Shown: one piece after another, positions 13,695 to 27,994 of the stretch | Position numbering within the stretch: position 1 is the stretch's first letter | Layout: every line of letters starts with the position of its first letter | DNA from: Paramecium tetraurelia | Taxonomy: Eukaryota | Length of the DNA: 64,000 nucleotides | Assembly (NCBI GenBank): GCA_000165425.1 | Contig: CT868518.1 | Coordinates: forward strand, 1 to 64,000 | Direction of reading: 5' to 3' | Program-made: the position numbers and the translations under genes | Notes under the pieces: model-generated | The model's database searches: none | What the model saw: the letters and a program-made list of their open reading frames with translations, nothing else | What the model was told of the DNA's origin: nothing

Positions 13695-14421
13695 GATTAT
13701 ATAGATGATTTTTCATATGTAAAAATATATATAGACAATCAGTTTATAAAGTAATTGTATTTTTAGGATTCATTAGATAATCCTGTTAATCCTTTTTCAA
13801 TATAGAAGTCTTGAATGAAATTAAAAATTTTTAATCTTAATGTTCTTTTATAGATAAAAAACTTTATTATATCTATTAGTTTCATTAATTAATGGAGTTA
13901 TAAGAATGATTTAAATAGGAAATTATTATGACACAATAATCCATTCAAGTTGATCAGTATACGCTTTACTTTTAATAAAAATTATTAATTTTAATATTAA
14001 ATAAATATCTTTTAATTAGGCATTTCATCTCATCTATTTCTAGAAATAGATCTAAATTCTGTTAATTTGTGTAATAAAGAGTTAGTAAAGTATTTGCATT
14101 TTCTGTAAACTTATCTTTTATTCAATTAGATAAATTAAAAGGATTTTCATCTATTTTTTCAGGTTTTGCAAGCAGTTTAAAATTGCTCTTTAAAAGTTAT
14201 AGAAAGCATTCAAAGTTTGTTATAAATATATCACAATTCTTAGAAATCAACTTGGCAAATTATTAATTAAGAATTGGTAGGATAATTCCATAAATATATT
14301 TTACAAAGTAATAATAAAATAGTGAGAAGAGTAAATTTATTTAATTACATTTACTTGATTTTCATGATATTTCGTAAAAATACAATTCAATATTCACAAT
14401 TATTAATTTATCTATTTTCAG

Positions 14422-16946
14422 ATGTTTATAAACTACGCAAACTATTTGCTAATGGGGTTGTGCTCAAAGGATCTAATTTACTGCATACTAAGTCAATCTA
14501 GAATTCCCACAATCATTTATTTGATTGTTCTGACTGTTATGATAAGTAAATTGTCACATCATTATTCAAGTTTAACAAATACTGAAGATCAAATTTCGAA
14601 TATCTCACTCTGAACTCATCCTTTCGTTTATTTATAATATAATCTACATTACTTTATTTGGAACTTCATCTATTTGGTAAGCTTATTACGTAATGAACAT
14701 ATTCCAAAAAACTAATTACTATTTTCTTGCTTCTTTTCCCATAATAATTTACCAATTGGTACTAGAAGTCATAGAATTTGATCTGATAGTACCAAAGACA
14801 TTTGGCTTTTAGATTTCATCTGCTTCGATGATCATAGTATATTAATTCTATTGTTTTGTTAAAGAAAATGATATTGCCTCGGTTGCGGAATAGGTCATTA
14901 TAAAATAATTGTTGAAAAATAGCTACATCAAAGTCTTCAATAGAAATTTAGAAGATTTAACGCCTGATGTGTTGTTGAGAAATGTTAAACCCCCATCCGG
15001 ATAAATCATTTTTACCACTAGAAATAAGTCAGAAAACTTTGAATTAATCCCAAATTCATTAAATAAAGAACTAAAGATTAAAAGTTTTCTTAATAGCGAC
15101 ATGCAATTGGAGGAATCTGGAGACTCAGTTATTGACAGTCCTAATAAATATTAAAGTTATAAGGATTTGAAAGAATTTATTAATAATTTTATTTAGAATT
15201 AATAGCCTTAAACTGAGGAAAATTTAATCATTGCTTCTGAAATTGAGATGGATTCTGGTAAAAAGTAAAAGTTCAAGGTGATTATTAATACAGAGATTGA
15301 CAAATACTACATTTTAGCATTTATTAAGATTGATTCTGCCATAGTGAGGAAACAGCACAATTCAATAGCAAAGTTCAAAACCAGATTGGCAAATAATTTT
15401 ACTCATAAATTAAAAACATCCCTCAATGCAACATTAGCATATTTGTCGAATGCCATAAATGACCGAAATTTAGAAAAAACGGTATTGCAATCTTACATCC
15501 ATCCCTCCTACATACATTCAAAAATATAATTATACCAAGTTTAGGATTTGCTTGATTATCTCAATACAGAGTAAGATTAAATCGGATTACAAATAACAAA
15601 ATTTAATCTTCAACAATCTTTAGGCCAAATATATGAATTCATTGAGTACTAATGCAAAGTGAAAAATATTGCCATTAGGTTTCTGATAAATGGGTCTGAT
15701 TGGAAATCACATGAAAGGTAAATGTTCAACTATAACCATAGCTAATTCTACCTTTATTCTGACTGCCAAAAATTTGAAAGGGTTTTATTTAATTTAATCA
15801 ACAATTCATATAGATATGCTCCTTTGAATGGGGAATTAACAATAGATTTAGTATATGATTCTACAGGTAATAAATTACATGTCAAAATAAATGACAATGG
15901 AGATGGGATACCGGAAGATTAACTAAATATAATAAATACTCAAGCCTAATTATAAAATAAGTATAATATCACTAATAAATATGTAACTTCTAAGAATAAA
16001 TCGAAATTTGGGTTGACCCTACAGATCACAAATAGATTGATTTATATGCTTAGTGACTAGAATTGTTCCTTGTAAGTCAAAAATTAAAAAGAAATAGGAG
16101 GCTGTAGTTTCGAGTTCTTTATTATCATTAATTCTACATCTAAGGAAGGATCATTGGAGTAAATTAAATACTCAAATTATATCAGATAATCTAAACAATC
16201 CTCAATCAAATTACAAAATCATATTAATCGATCTTCTAACTCTTCTTCTTAACGATCAATCTTTTCAAAAAACTAGTATGATGAATGCATCGAACCTATT
16301 GAAGAAGAACCTAAACCTGTCAAACCAAGATTATCCAAAACTTATTAATGTCATGATAACAAATAATTAATAACCCCAGTAAAAAGACCTACGTTATCTG
16401 GAATAAGAGATCTATAATTGTCAAATATTATCGATCAAGTTAATCAGACTGGAATGAATCATAATCATAATCATAATCAAGATAACCGTTTCATCTTAAT
16501 AGTGGATGATGAACCATTTAATCATAACACTCTAAATTTGATGCTTTAAAAATTAGGTCATAAGCAATTCCTATATTCTTTCAATGGATAGGAATGTATT
16601 GATAAGGTTTAGTAAAATTCTTCATTAATCAAAACTATATTTATGGATTTAGACATGCCAATTATGGGAGGATTGCAAGTAATATATTCTATTCATCTAG
16701 CAGGCTACTTCAATACTGATTCGAATGATGACCGAAGGAAAAATAGACTATATTCCAATTATTGGTTGCACCGCTCATGACGATTTCGAGACACAAATCA
16801 AATGTTTGAATGTTGGTATGGCACATGTGGTCACTAAACCTGTTTTTATAAAGAGCTTACAAGAAGCTTATCGATAAATTAGAGAAGAGCATTAATAGTA
16901 GGATCATCGTAGTCTTCAATTGTCGAATTCATTAGAGAAATATTGA
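14422..16946 (+). CDS. Membrane-bound hybrid histidine kinase / response regulator
   Basis: N-terminal TM helices; H-box FTHKLKTSLN; N-box FNLINNSYRY; G1 DNGDGI; receiver VDDEPFN..FMDLDMP..GCTAH..TKPV. Confidence 0.9.
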
Positions 16947-17083
16947 AGTTTAAACTCTATTTATCTTCTTTCTTATGAAACTTAATATATTAGCTGATGA
17001 TATATTGATATAATAGTTTTAATAAATTAATCTTCGATATGAATTAAACAGTTTTTATCTCTCCTAACATATTAATTTAGTTC

Positions 17084-19457
17084 ATGTATTTTTAATTTAT
17101 TTCAATATTTATGCTGTAAGTCTCATAAATAGGACATGACATTTTTATAGGATGCCTATACAAAAATATGATATTGATTGTAATTAGCGGAACCCTCCTC
17201 TTTTTTACTCTACGTATACAATTTAAACAATATTGATAGTCATCTATTTGAATATTATTAAATACAACAGAACCTTTTACATCTCCCAAGCAATTCAATT
17301 TTGCTTTATTGTATATAGAGCCTATTTTTATGGTTCAGCATAACTTTGGTCCTCATTTCAATTACTTAATGCAAATTTCAAGAAAAATTATTCAATGTAA
17401 TTAATTTGTTACTTTCTCTCCTTACTTATTTTTGTACTTGTGTATAGTTTACAATATGATGGTTTTTTAAAATTGAGCATGGGTAGCGAGATATTCTAAT
17501 GTTGTTGTTATATGCTATACTTCTTCTATTAAAACAAAAATAATAATGAAAATTTAAAATTAATAGAGGACAAGCTTCTGAGTGAAATTAAAAAATATTG
17601 CTTTTTAAAAATTTTCAATAAAAATAAAAAATTAGTCATTACTTATCCAAAAACAGATGAATCAAAAAAGTTTGACTTTTTTCCAAATAATAACCAATTC
17701 ATTTGTCTTTTTAGAGTCTACATGGATCAAGAAATAAGCAGTTCTCCCTCTAATTAAAAATCATTCAATAGAACCAAAATTTTTAATAATACTGAAGATT
17801 TCCTATCTTATTTGGAATCCGCAGATAACCTAGATAACTTAGGTTTTAATTGGTATTCTGCAACAATCCTTGATTAACAGACAAAAATAAAAACTAAATA
17901 TCGCGTTACTTAATCAAAATTAAAAAATGATACTATTGTGCTATTCTTTATGAAAATTGATCCCACTCTCGAGAAGAAATCTTTTGGGAAATTTTTGCAT
18001 TTAAAAAAGGACATTTCAAATATTTTTACTCATAAGTTGAAGACTCCTTTAAATGCAGTATTAGGTCATTTAACATAGGCGTATTATGATCAAGAAGTAG
18101 ATGTATAAATACAAAACAATTACATTAAACCTGCATATATTAATTCTAAATTGCAATTATTTTAAGTTCAAGATCTAATTGAATATTTGAATTTTGATTA
18201 AGATAACTATACTTTGTAGATTTGCAAGATTAATTTAAAAACCCTATTATATTCATTACAAGAGTTGATCTAGCAGTAATGTTAGATGAAGAGCATACAT
18301 CTTTTATTTACTATTAATGAAATGAGGTATGTTAAATTAGATAAGTAATATTATCTATAAACTATTTTAGTGTTTTCATTTATTCCGATGTTCTAAAACT
18401 TGAAAGGATACTCTTCAACCTATTAAACTTAACTTATAGAAATACTACTGAAAATGGGTGTATTTCTTTAAATATAGTTATTGATAAAGATTTAGACGAA
18501 GCTTCATTTTCAATATCAGATACAGGATTAGAATTATCTTAAGGAGAAATAGATGAAATAAACTATCTGATTTTTTGTCAAAATTAATTTAAGCCCATTA
18601 AAAAGAAACCGCATTATTATTAAGAAATGATAATTACTCTATCATTAACAAACAAACTAATAAAATCTGTGAATTAATTCACTAATTATTCTTTAGAGTT
18701 ATGTTAAACTAAAAATACTGGTATAGTATATAAATTTAAGATTAACATCAATCGAGATAGATCAGCAGAGAACTCATAAGAATAATATAAAATAGGATAC
18801 ATTTTAAAGTAAAGAAGTCTTAAGTAACTGCACACTCATCATCAAATCTCACAGAAATCGATTTTTTCAGGATAAGAATAAAGTGTTCCTATTTTAGAAG
18901 ATTCAATCGATGAACCCTTTGCCAAAACTCCTTTAGTGGTGAAGATGAGCATGCCATCATAAAGGAAATGGTTATAAAAGAAGAAGGAGGATCAAATATA
19001 ATTATTATCCTAAACCTAATTTCATTAAGCAAACTCAATTCTTATTGTTGATGATGAACCATTCAATCATGATACATTAATATTGATGTTAAAAACTTTG
19101 GGATTTAATAGTTATTTAAAAGCCTTTGATGGTTAATAAGCAATTAATTTAGCTTTCGCAAAACAGAATGAAATTTATGTTGTGTTCATGGATCTTGATA
19201 TGCCAATTATGGGTGGTATAGAGGCGACCAAATTTTTAGTTCAAGAAATGATCAAATGCAACTTACCATATTTTCCTATAATAGGGTGCACTGCCCATGG
19301 AGATGCAGAATCTATAGAATAATGTAAACAAGCTGGAATGCTTCATGTGGTTGTAAAACCTGTGTTTATAAAGACTTTAAAAGAGACATTCCATTTGATT
19401 TCAGATGATTCTATAAAGAAATCTTACAACCGTGTTGGATCTTTGTAATTTTCGTGA
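17084..19457 (+). CDS. Second hybrid histidine kinase / response regulator (tandem paralog, degenerate ATPase domain)
   Basis: TM helices; H-box FTHKLKTPLN; FNLLNLTYRN; ISDTGLEL; receiver VDDEPFN..FMDLDMP..GCTAH..VKPV. Confidence 0.88.
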
Positions 19458-19488
19458 AAAATATAGTGTGTTTAAATATAATAATTAA

Positions 19489-22400
19489 TCATATAACTTG
19501 ACCCCCACTACTTTTTTACAATCCATATCTATCAGATATCATTCTGCTTTGAAATTTTGAATCTTTAATATCACTAAGTAGCATAACTGATCCAGAAGAA
19601 TTTATTTCATGTTTATTTTTTTTATTTCTCCAGAGTTGATCAGGGCTTGATAACACGATCAAAGAATCATCCTATTATAAATCCATAAAGTTCTTTTTTC
19701 TTTGGGTTTGAATAGATTCCTTAAGTATTAGAGCAACCTTCCTGAATTTGGTTGAAGACGAATTCTTTTTTTTTTAAATAAAGATATTCCTACATAAAGG
19801 TAATCTTAGAAGGAGAGGGTATTTATCTTTTAAATAGTTTTAAATTTAGTTAATTAAAATTTGATTTTGATCAATATTTTCTTGTAATATCTTTCTAAAG
19901 ATATGATATAAGAATGCACAATTAGCTTCTAAAATGATGACATAGAATATGTAAATGTAATTTCTCAATGCAGTTTGTAACATTTAATATGAAGATGCTC
20001 CTAAAACAATACTAATAGCCAAGACTTTCGATCCAAAATCTTCCATCTAATTTAAATTCTTAGTTTTAAAAGGCTGATATGATTTGGTTAACAATTAATA
20101 GGCTTGAATCAATAAAAATACCATCGTAGCTTTAAGGACAATATATTGATCAAATAGAGTAATAATGATAATTACAAGATTCTTCATTCCCAATCTTACA
20201 AGTTCCCAAAAGTAGGCATTTTCATTAAATTCTGAAAATAAGTAACCCCATGTTGATTTTATTTTATTTAGTTAATTTTTATTTCTGTGCAACTTGAGAA
20301 ACATGAGAAAAGGTATAATAACAGTCAATCCGAACAAATTTGGAAAAGCCAAAACAGAGGAGTAATAGAAATTCTTATCATATCTGTAAGAAACATCACC
20401 AATCACCCAATCATATCCTGAAATGTTACGAAATCCTAGTATTGATATTAAAACCCCAATCATGCTTGGCTGCATAGTGACAAATGTTTACAGTAAAATG
20501 ATTGCTGACACACCTTGTTTATAGCTTTATCTTCTTATAGATATTATGAACCCATATATGCAAAATACGAAACATAAATATAGAACAGGTGCAATAATGA
20601 TCCAAATTATTCTGGAATGCAATATATTCATATCATAGGAGATCAAAAAGCAATCAATTGAATTTTCAAGTGATTTAGTTTGAGAACCCGCACTATTAAT
20701 AGCTATACTTACCAAATTTGGAAATTACAATTAGAAAGTGGTTAAAGTAGATATTATTTACAAATAATGAAACATCATCTTATACAATGAACTAGATTCT
20801 TGAGTGTCAGAAAATACTTTTAAACCTCCCCTTTTTAATATAGTTCTCAATAATTCCATCTTTAAGTTTTCTAAAGAACTATTCACAGATATCACCATTG
20901 AAATCAATGTCCATAAACCTACAATTAATAATGACAAGTAAGCAAGATTTGAATCTTAACATTAAAAACAATTCATATTTGACTTAAAATATGATCCTTG
21001 TCCTCTAATATTGTAAATATCGCAAGTTTCACATAATGCTCCAAAACTCCCTTGTATACATGAATCAGGTCCTGCAGCCCAACCACCTAAACACTTTTCC
21101 AGTCCTATAATGCATCTGGAGATTTCATCATTATCAAAGTATGGTCTCCAATAAGTAGATTTGATTTGAATATTTGACTGAATAACATTTTCCATTATTT
21201 CTTAATCTCCTAAGGTACACTTAAGACTATTTTCTTTTAAGGAATATGTTTAAGCTACACATTAGACGCACATTGAATTAGTCAAGATTTCACCTCTTTA
21301 ACACGGAAATGTCTTTACTTTAATAACTATCGAATAATTGTCGTGAAACTACAATATATGTTAATTTAAGCTATCATAAATAGGAATCTTAATAGAATCA
21401 CATCTTATTTCTAATAACAAATCTTCATTAGTTAGTATTCTTAAATCATCAAAATTGTAATCTTAAGTAGTCATATTGAAGGAGACACTCTCAATTGATA
21501 AATAATCAGTTGTAAAGCTTTAATCTTTACTTGATAATAGCCTACTACGGATATTACATTTAGAATCTTACAAATGATATTATCTTTCGTTAAAGTCATT
21601 TAATGGTATAAATCTAAATTTATAATTTAATTTTTTGTAGACTTAAATAGATGAAACATAGGATAGCTAATTACCTATGCCATGCTCAGTAAAATTTTCA
21701 TTCAAAATTTGATAATTTTATATTTCTACATTGTTTGGCAACACTATTTAACTCATGACTTCTTCAATCACACAAGTATCATTTTTGAAACGAATTTCAT
21801 TTTCAAATATTTTTTAAGAGTTTAATGATAATGCCAATTTTGACGGTTATGATTACATAACGCCATTCTTATCATCTTCTTAATTATCCACAATGATATT
21901 TCTTCTATTTTTTTGAATAGACAGGGGGGTAGTAGAATAAATTCCAGCTCCAGACTATGCAACATTATTTATTATCTACGAATCTGTCATTTCTAAAGAT
22001 CCCTTATTTAAATATATTGCCCCTCCCAAGTTTGCTGAGTTATTTTAAAACAAAACTGAGTAACACGAAATAGAAACTCCAGATGCATAAATGCAACCAC
22101 CATAAAAACCTGTATTCTTAATAAATTATGAATTTTTTATTAAAATTTGACCTATATTTGTTTTTAAATCATCTGCATATGTAAACAGTAATCTGTTTTA
22201 GTTCATATTCTTAATATTTAAAATAGAACTGTTGCCTATATTCGAAATGAATTTAGTTTGTTAAATTATAACCAGATTGTTTGATTCAATCTAAAATATA
22301 TTGCAATTAGTACAATATATATTCGAGAAAATTACAGAACTAATGTAAATTTCAGATTGGGTTTGGAATATTTAAAAAATGTTGTAGGTTTAGTAATCAT

Positions 22401-25400
22401 ATGAAATTGTGATGTTCTATTCACATTGTTTTGTAAAATTACTAAACTATGATGATAAAGTGTACAATTCTTATGTACATTCATACTTCAATTCTTCTAA
22501 TTGCAATTCAGAATAAACACAAATAACCTTTGTATAATTTTGATATACGCCATAAAAACGACTATTAGTTATAATTATTGGACCTAAGGATCTATCAAAA
22601 AAGATTAATGGTCTTTTCTGAAGAATGAAATTTAATAGATACACTGTATCCAAAGTGACTTAGTAACACTGTTTAAGTGTCATGAAACCATATCCCATGA
22701 TATTTTACACGACTAAATTCTTCACCCTTAATTTTCCTTTTTTAGTCTCAATTAACACAGAATCATATGTATCAAATGTGAACATGTAAATAAGGTCTTT
22801 CATTTGGAGTAATTTGATATAATCGTCATATCCAGTCTTTGTATTTTAAATGATGCAATCCTCAATTTACAATGTATATTACTCTTACAGAAAATCATTA
22901 ATCTCAATCGAAATGACTGAGGATTACAATGAATGAGCATCACTTATAGACACATTATGGAATAAGATTGAAGTCTAATCTGATAAAGTCAACATGGCAA
23001 ACCCTCCCTTATCAAAACTCCAACTATTTTGAATGGTGCAATTAATGAGTTTAAAGTTTAATTTAGACCCTTTGCTATCTATGAAGAAGGATCCTCCTTA
23101 GCTTTCTAGTTGTCCTATAATTGCTTATCCATTCTTGAATTATGAGTTAACTATAGAGAAGATTCCATTATTGAGGGTTATGATATACATACATCCTCCT
23201 TTATATCCAACATAAGTTTCAAATTAGCTGTTTGATATTTAGATCTCTTCCACTTAGATTTAAGCTATTCCACCATAACTCTTAACTTTAAAATAATGTT
23301 CCAATTGCTCCTTGTATAATAATTCTTAATATTTAAATGAGAGTACTTAATAAAATAGTTTATTCACTACATTCATTTCCTTGAAAATGCACTTTGATAT
23401 AAATAACTTTTAGCACTAAATATATATATTAGAGTTCAAAGAGCCAATGATTAAGTTAGATTTAAACATATTATTATAGAAGTAAACAGATCCCTAAGGA
23501 ACTAAGAAGTACAGATTATTGGCTGAGGTTCCATAAGTAGTTATACCAATGTATTCTTTATAAATGGTATTTATAAAATTGGTATTTGTGAGATTGATAG
23601 AAATGGAATTCTTAGATTCTATCACTATGAATGCAACTGTAATATTATTGGTAGATTTGATAATTAATGAATCTTGGAATACAGAGTCTTTAATGTTGAT
23701 CAGACATTGAAAGTTGAGTTCGGTACTACCTATTTTAATGACTGGTTGGTTATAGGTGAAAATATTAGTAAAATTTACCATTTAGAATTCTACACGTTTG
23801 ATGTTTAATAGATTAATGATTGGCTTTTTGGAATCCAATAAATAAATGCAATCCAAACTCTGTGATAAACCAGCCAAATAATACTGTTAATAAACGGTAA
23901 TGTTTTCAAAACTAAAAAGATCCAAGTCAGTTGCTTCAAATATAGCACTGATTTAATTATTGATTTCAATTAAACTATCTTTTAGAGTAAAGGAATTAGA
24001 CAATATTTGGAATGCATAATTGACATCCTTTTCGATTGGAAGCATATATAACTCCATGTTTGTCATCTAAATTAGGGTTGATGATTCAATATAGAGAAAA
24101 CTTGAAGAATAATAAAGAGAGTTGAGTGAAAATGAAACTCGATCTATTAAAATATCAGCTTATCCAGTCGTTTGACTAACATGCATAAGATAGCTATTAT
24201 AAGTGAGATAATTCCCTTCAAATTGTGAATTATACAATTATAACATTGATGATTAGCAAATTTATGAATTATCAAAGAATAAATTCATCAAAACATACAG
24301 ATTATTAAAGTGAAAATCTAAGCCTTAAAAGGCTGAAGACTATTCCAAATAAGTCCATTTTATTATGAAATTATCTATTTTACTAATTTAATTAGATTAA
24401 AATATTTTGGAATTTAATAAGTAGTTTGATTCTATAGTTATAGAATCCAAAATTAATTCATCAACATTCTAGAACTAAAATAAAGTGGAATTTTTTAAAA
24501 CAATATTTGATAGCTTAACATTTTAGATGGTAACTGATTTGATTGGTTCTACTTTGAGTAAAGACTGTAAATTAGAAAATTTAAATCCATCTAAATTTAA
24601 ATTGATCATAAAAAATGCTATTAAGTTTGAGTATTCAAAATAGAAGGAGCCTTAACCTAAAAAATTTGAATTCTCAAAACCTATGGTTGTATGATCTAAA
24701 TTAAAATTGAAACTTATAGAAGTGTCTTAGAAATCAATATACAAATTTTTAATCCATAAAGAATGAAATTCTTTGATATAAATATCTCCTTGAAAGTAAA
24801 CAGTCGAAACTTCTGACAAACCCATAATTTATAATGAAACTTTCTTTAAAGTGTAAACATTTGCTGAGAATTCTTAAGAAATCACTAAATTTTACGGAAA
24901 ACTACAGGTTTAAATTGTGAGGTATATGTTCAAAACTTAGACATTTTATTCATTCATGTAGTTGAATAGACCATTGGAATATAGCAATTAAAAGACATAA
25001 GATAGATCTGATTCTTAGTTATATGGAATATCGAAAACATTTTGAGCGGTTTAATCTGATGAACAAATCAAATTCAAGGAAATAGACATGCTCATCTAGC
25101 AATTGGATTCATCAGGACAGTTGCTAAATTAATAAATATTAGTATCAAAGACAGTATCCTCTAATATAGGTAATAAGCATTAATTTGTGAATTGAGTGAC
25201 AGCAATATCTGATGCTGGAACACAAAATTGACATAAACTATGGCATTAATAACAGGAATTGTTGTACAGACTAAGGATTAATCCATTACTTGAATAAGAG
25301 CATTTGGAGCAAATGTTTTAATTGTCGATAATCAAGCATTCTAAACAATCCGATGGGCATTTATTTATACAGATATCGTTATACAACATATATCCAGTTT

Positions 25401-27994
25401 GACATGAAGTACAGATTACTTCAAAGTCATCTGGATTACTTGATTCTACGAAGGTGAGGTAGTCATGATTCACATTCTTATTAACAAAAAGTTCAAAAAA
25501 TGGTCTAATATCTTTTTTCCAATTACTCTTATTTATTTTAAATTGTTGTGAACATGAGAAACACTGTTTAGGACATTAGATACACATTCCAACAATATGA
25601 TCTGCATAATAACCAGGGAAGCAGTTTATGCAAATAATTTTATTGAGATAATTAACACACTCGTAGCAATTTTATAATTTTTACTCACAACCTAAAAGTG
25701 AGACTGCCTATTCTCCACCAACTAAACAATAAAAAGTACCATTATAGAATGCTGATTCTTAACACAATTAAGAGGATTTATAACATGTATATGAAATATA
25801 TGAAAAAGTATATCCAGATGTGCATCTAGGACAAAGAGGAATAATTGATGAGGTTATTGACATAGGTTGAAAGTATAGGTCAATCGTAGTTAAAGGAAAA
25901 TCCCCAGATCCAGGATATTATTAAGCCCCATAAAGACATTATTTTATGGTAACAATTTAACATTTGAGAGCATCATAAGAAATTTCATATAAACTTGGAT
26001 CTGTGCATTTTAGGCATCTATTGATATGATTCTGTTTGATTTCATCAAAGTAGAATTCACAAATAGAGCATTGTGCTCCACAACCATAGCATGAACCTTT
26101 AAACAAAGCAAATCCAGGTTAACAAGTCGAACAATTGATAGTTGAATTACAAATGGCACAATTTAATGGGCACTTCTAACATTTAGAACCATCGAATTCA
26201 TACAACTAAATACATTTAGTACATGTTTATGCATTATTACAATTCTTGCAATTCTCAATACATTTTTAACAAGTGTTTCCTTAAACAAAATATCCAATTT
26301 TACAGCTATAATACAAATGATTAAAATGAATGCAGGTTATCTTTGTTACATCATTGCAATATCCCAAACATCCCTTGCATAATTCTAAGTTCATCAATTA
26401 ACTATTGACGAAAAATATTTCATATAAACTTTCCTCCCTAACTGATTTTATATAAGTTGAAGTCAAGGTATATCTCTTATAATCAAAAGTGCAGACAGGA
26501 TTTTAATACCAACTTTGTGAATTAAGTAAACAATCAGCACAATTTATTTGATAATCATTAATTGAACTGGGGCAAGAAATACATTTGCCATCAACTAGGA
26601 ACTCTCCATACTTACATTTAAATGTATTGTTTTAATATGTTTGATTCATTATGGGATACAATTCATTCATTTTACTGCACTTTTGAGTTAGATCTAAATC
26701 CACAAATCCAAATTCACAAGTACAAAATCCAAATTTCCATTGTCTATTTGAATTCTATGGACATGTGAGACAGTCACTTTCAGTCGGTCCATCGCATGTT
26801 TAACAGGAATAGTGGCATCTCACTGAGTATGCTAATTCTTACTCATAATTGTAAGTGATTTCTAATTGGATTTTGCCTTCCAAATAACTTTTATAAAAAA
26901 AACTATCTGCTCCAACGTATAAATAAACAAATTGATTATGGAATTATAAAGCACTAAAAGTCTAAATAACTTCTTAATCACCTGGAAAGAGTATTTTTAC
27001 ATAAGTCTAGTCAACCAAATATTGAAAATAAATATAGTGCCATTTTTGAAATCTATCTCTATTTGTTGTACTTTAAATTGCAAAAGTGTTTATCGCTTTT
27101 GTGAGATAAGCCAATTATGGATATGGGTAGGAGTAGGCTAGAACACTCATATTGAACAAATTATAATTATTTGATGTGGAATCCAAAACGTAACTCATTA
27201 ATAATACTCTATCTCCCAAAATACTATCATTACGATAATTTTCATTCAAAGTCAATCTCATTAATAAATATCTCTGTCTTTCGACTACATTCTCATAATT
27301 AACCTTAACCCAACATCTAATTTGATATTTGTGACCTAGCATCAAAAATTTGGTTGAGTAAAATACATCTCCCAATAATTTAAGTCCATTAAAAACATCG
27401 ACAACAGTTATGTTGTAAGACTGAGGACTTTAAAAATTTTGAATAAAAAATTAATCAAACTCATTATCGTTATTAAATGGTGCTATTGTGAATTGTTTGA
27501 CTTCACTATATTTTCCATGAAAATAATCGAAGTTCAAGGTACTACCAACCTAATTAATCATATTATATTATTATTACCTTTCCATATTAATTTAATACAG
27601 GAACGATGTTCTTCGTAGTCAATTTGACACTCTACAACTTGCTTCCTCTCACATATAACTTTGATCCATCTTATAGATTCTCAAGATAGACATAATACCA
27701 AATTCCTTCAAACTTTGTAGGATCTTAACTCAAATTAGTAATTGTATTGAAATCACTCACCGTAATATTTAGAGTTATTGAATTAAAAGAGAGCCATATG
27801 TAAAATTTGCTTGAGGGTGCTTTTGAAATAAAATTGTAGTTTGCCATAATATTTTACCCTGTAAATGTGGATTTATCATTTAAAATAAAATCTCCTGATG
27901 CCTTTATATTAGAGAAAGGTAAATATTGAAACCAAAATCCGTAATGGGTTGCCTATTAAATACACTATTTAATTAAAAGTAATAAGATAAGCAT
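19489..27994 (-). CDS. Giant (~2,800 aa) surface protein: signal peptide, ConA/LamG-like region, furin-like Cys repeats, GGxI beta-helix repeats, Cys-rich linker, multi-TM C-terminus
   Basis: Start MLILLLLIKQCIQQ; CHYSCQTCDGPTESDCLTCP and many CxxC repeats; GGSFFI, GGCMYI, GGCIYA, GGAIYL; YWRP..CLGG..GALCETCD; about 7 hydrophobic helices with WGYLFSEFNENAYFWELVR. Segments translated, not every codon. Confidence 0.85.
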
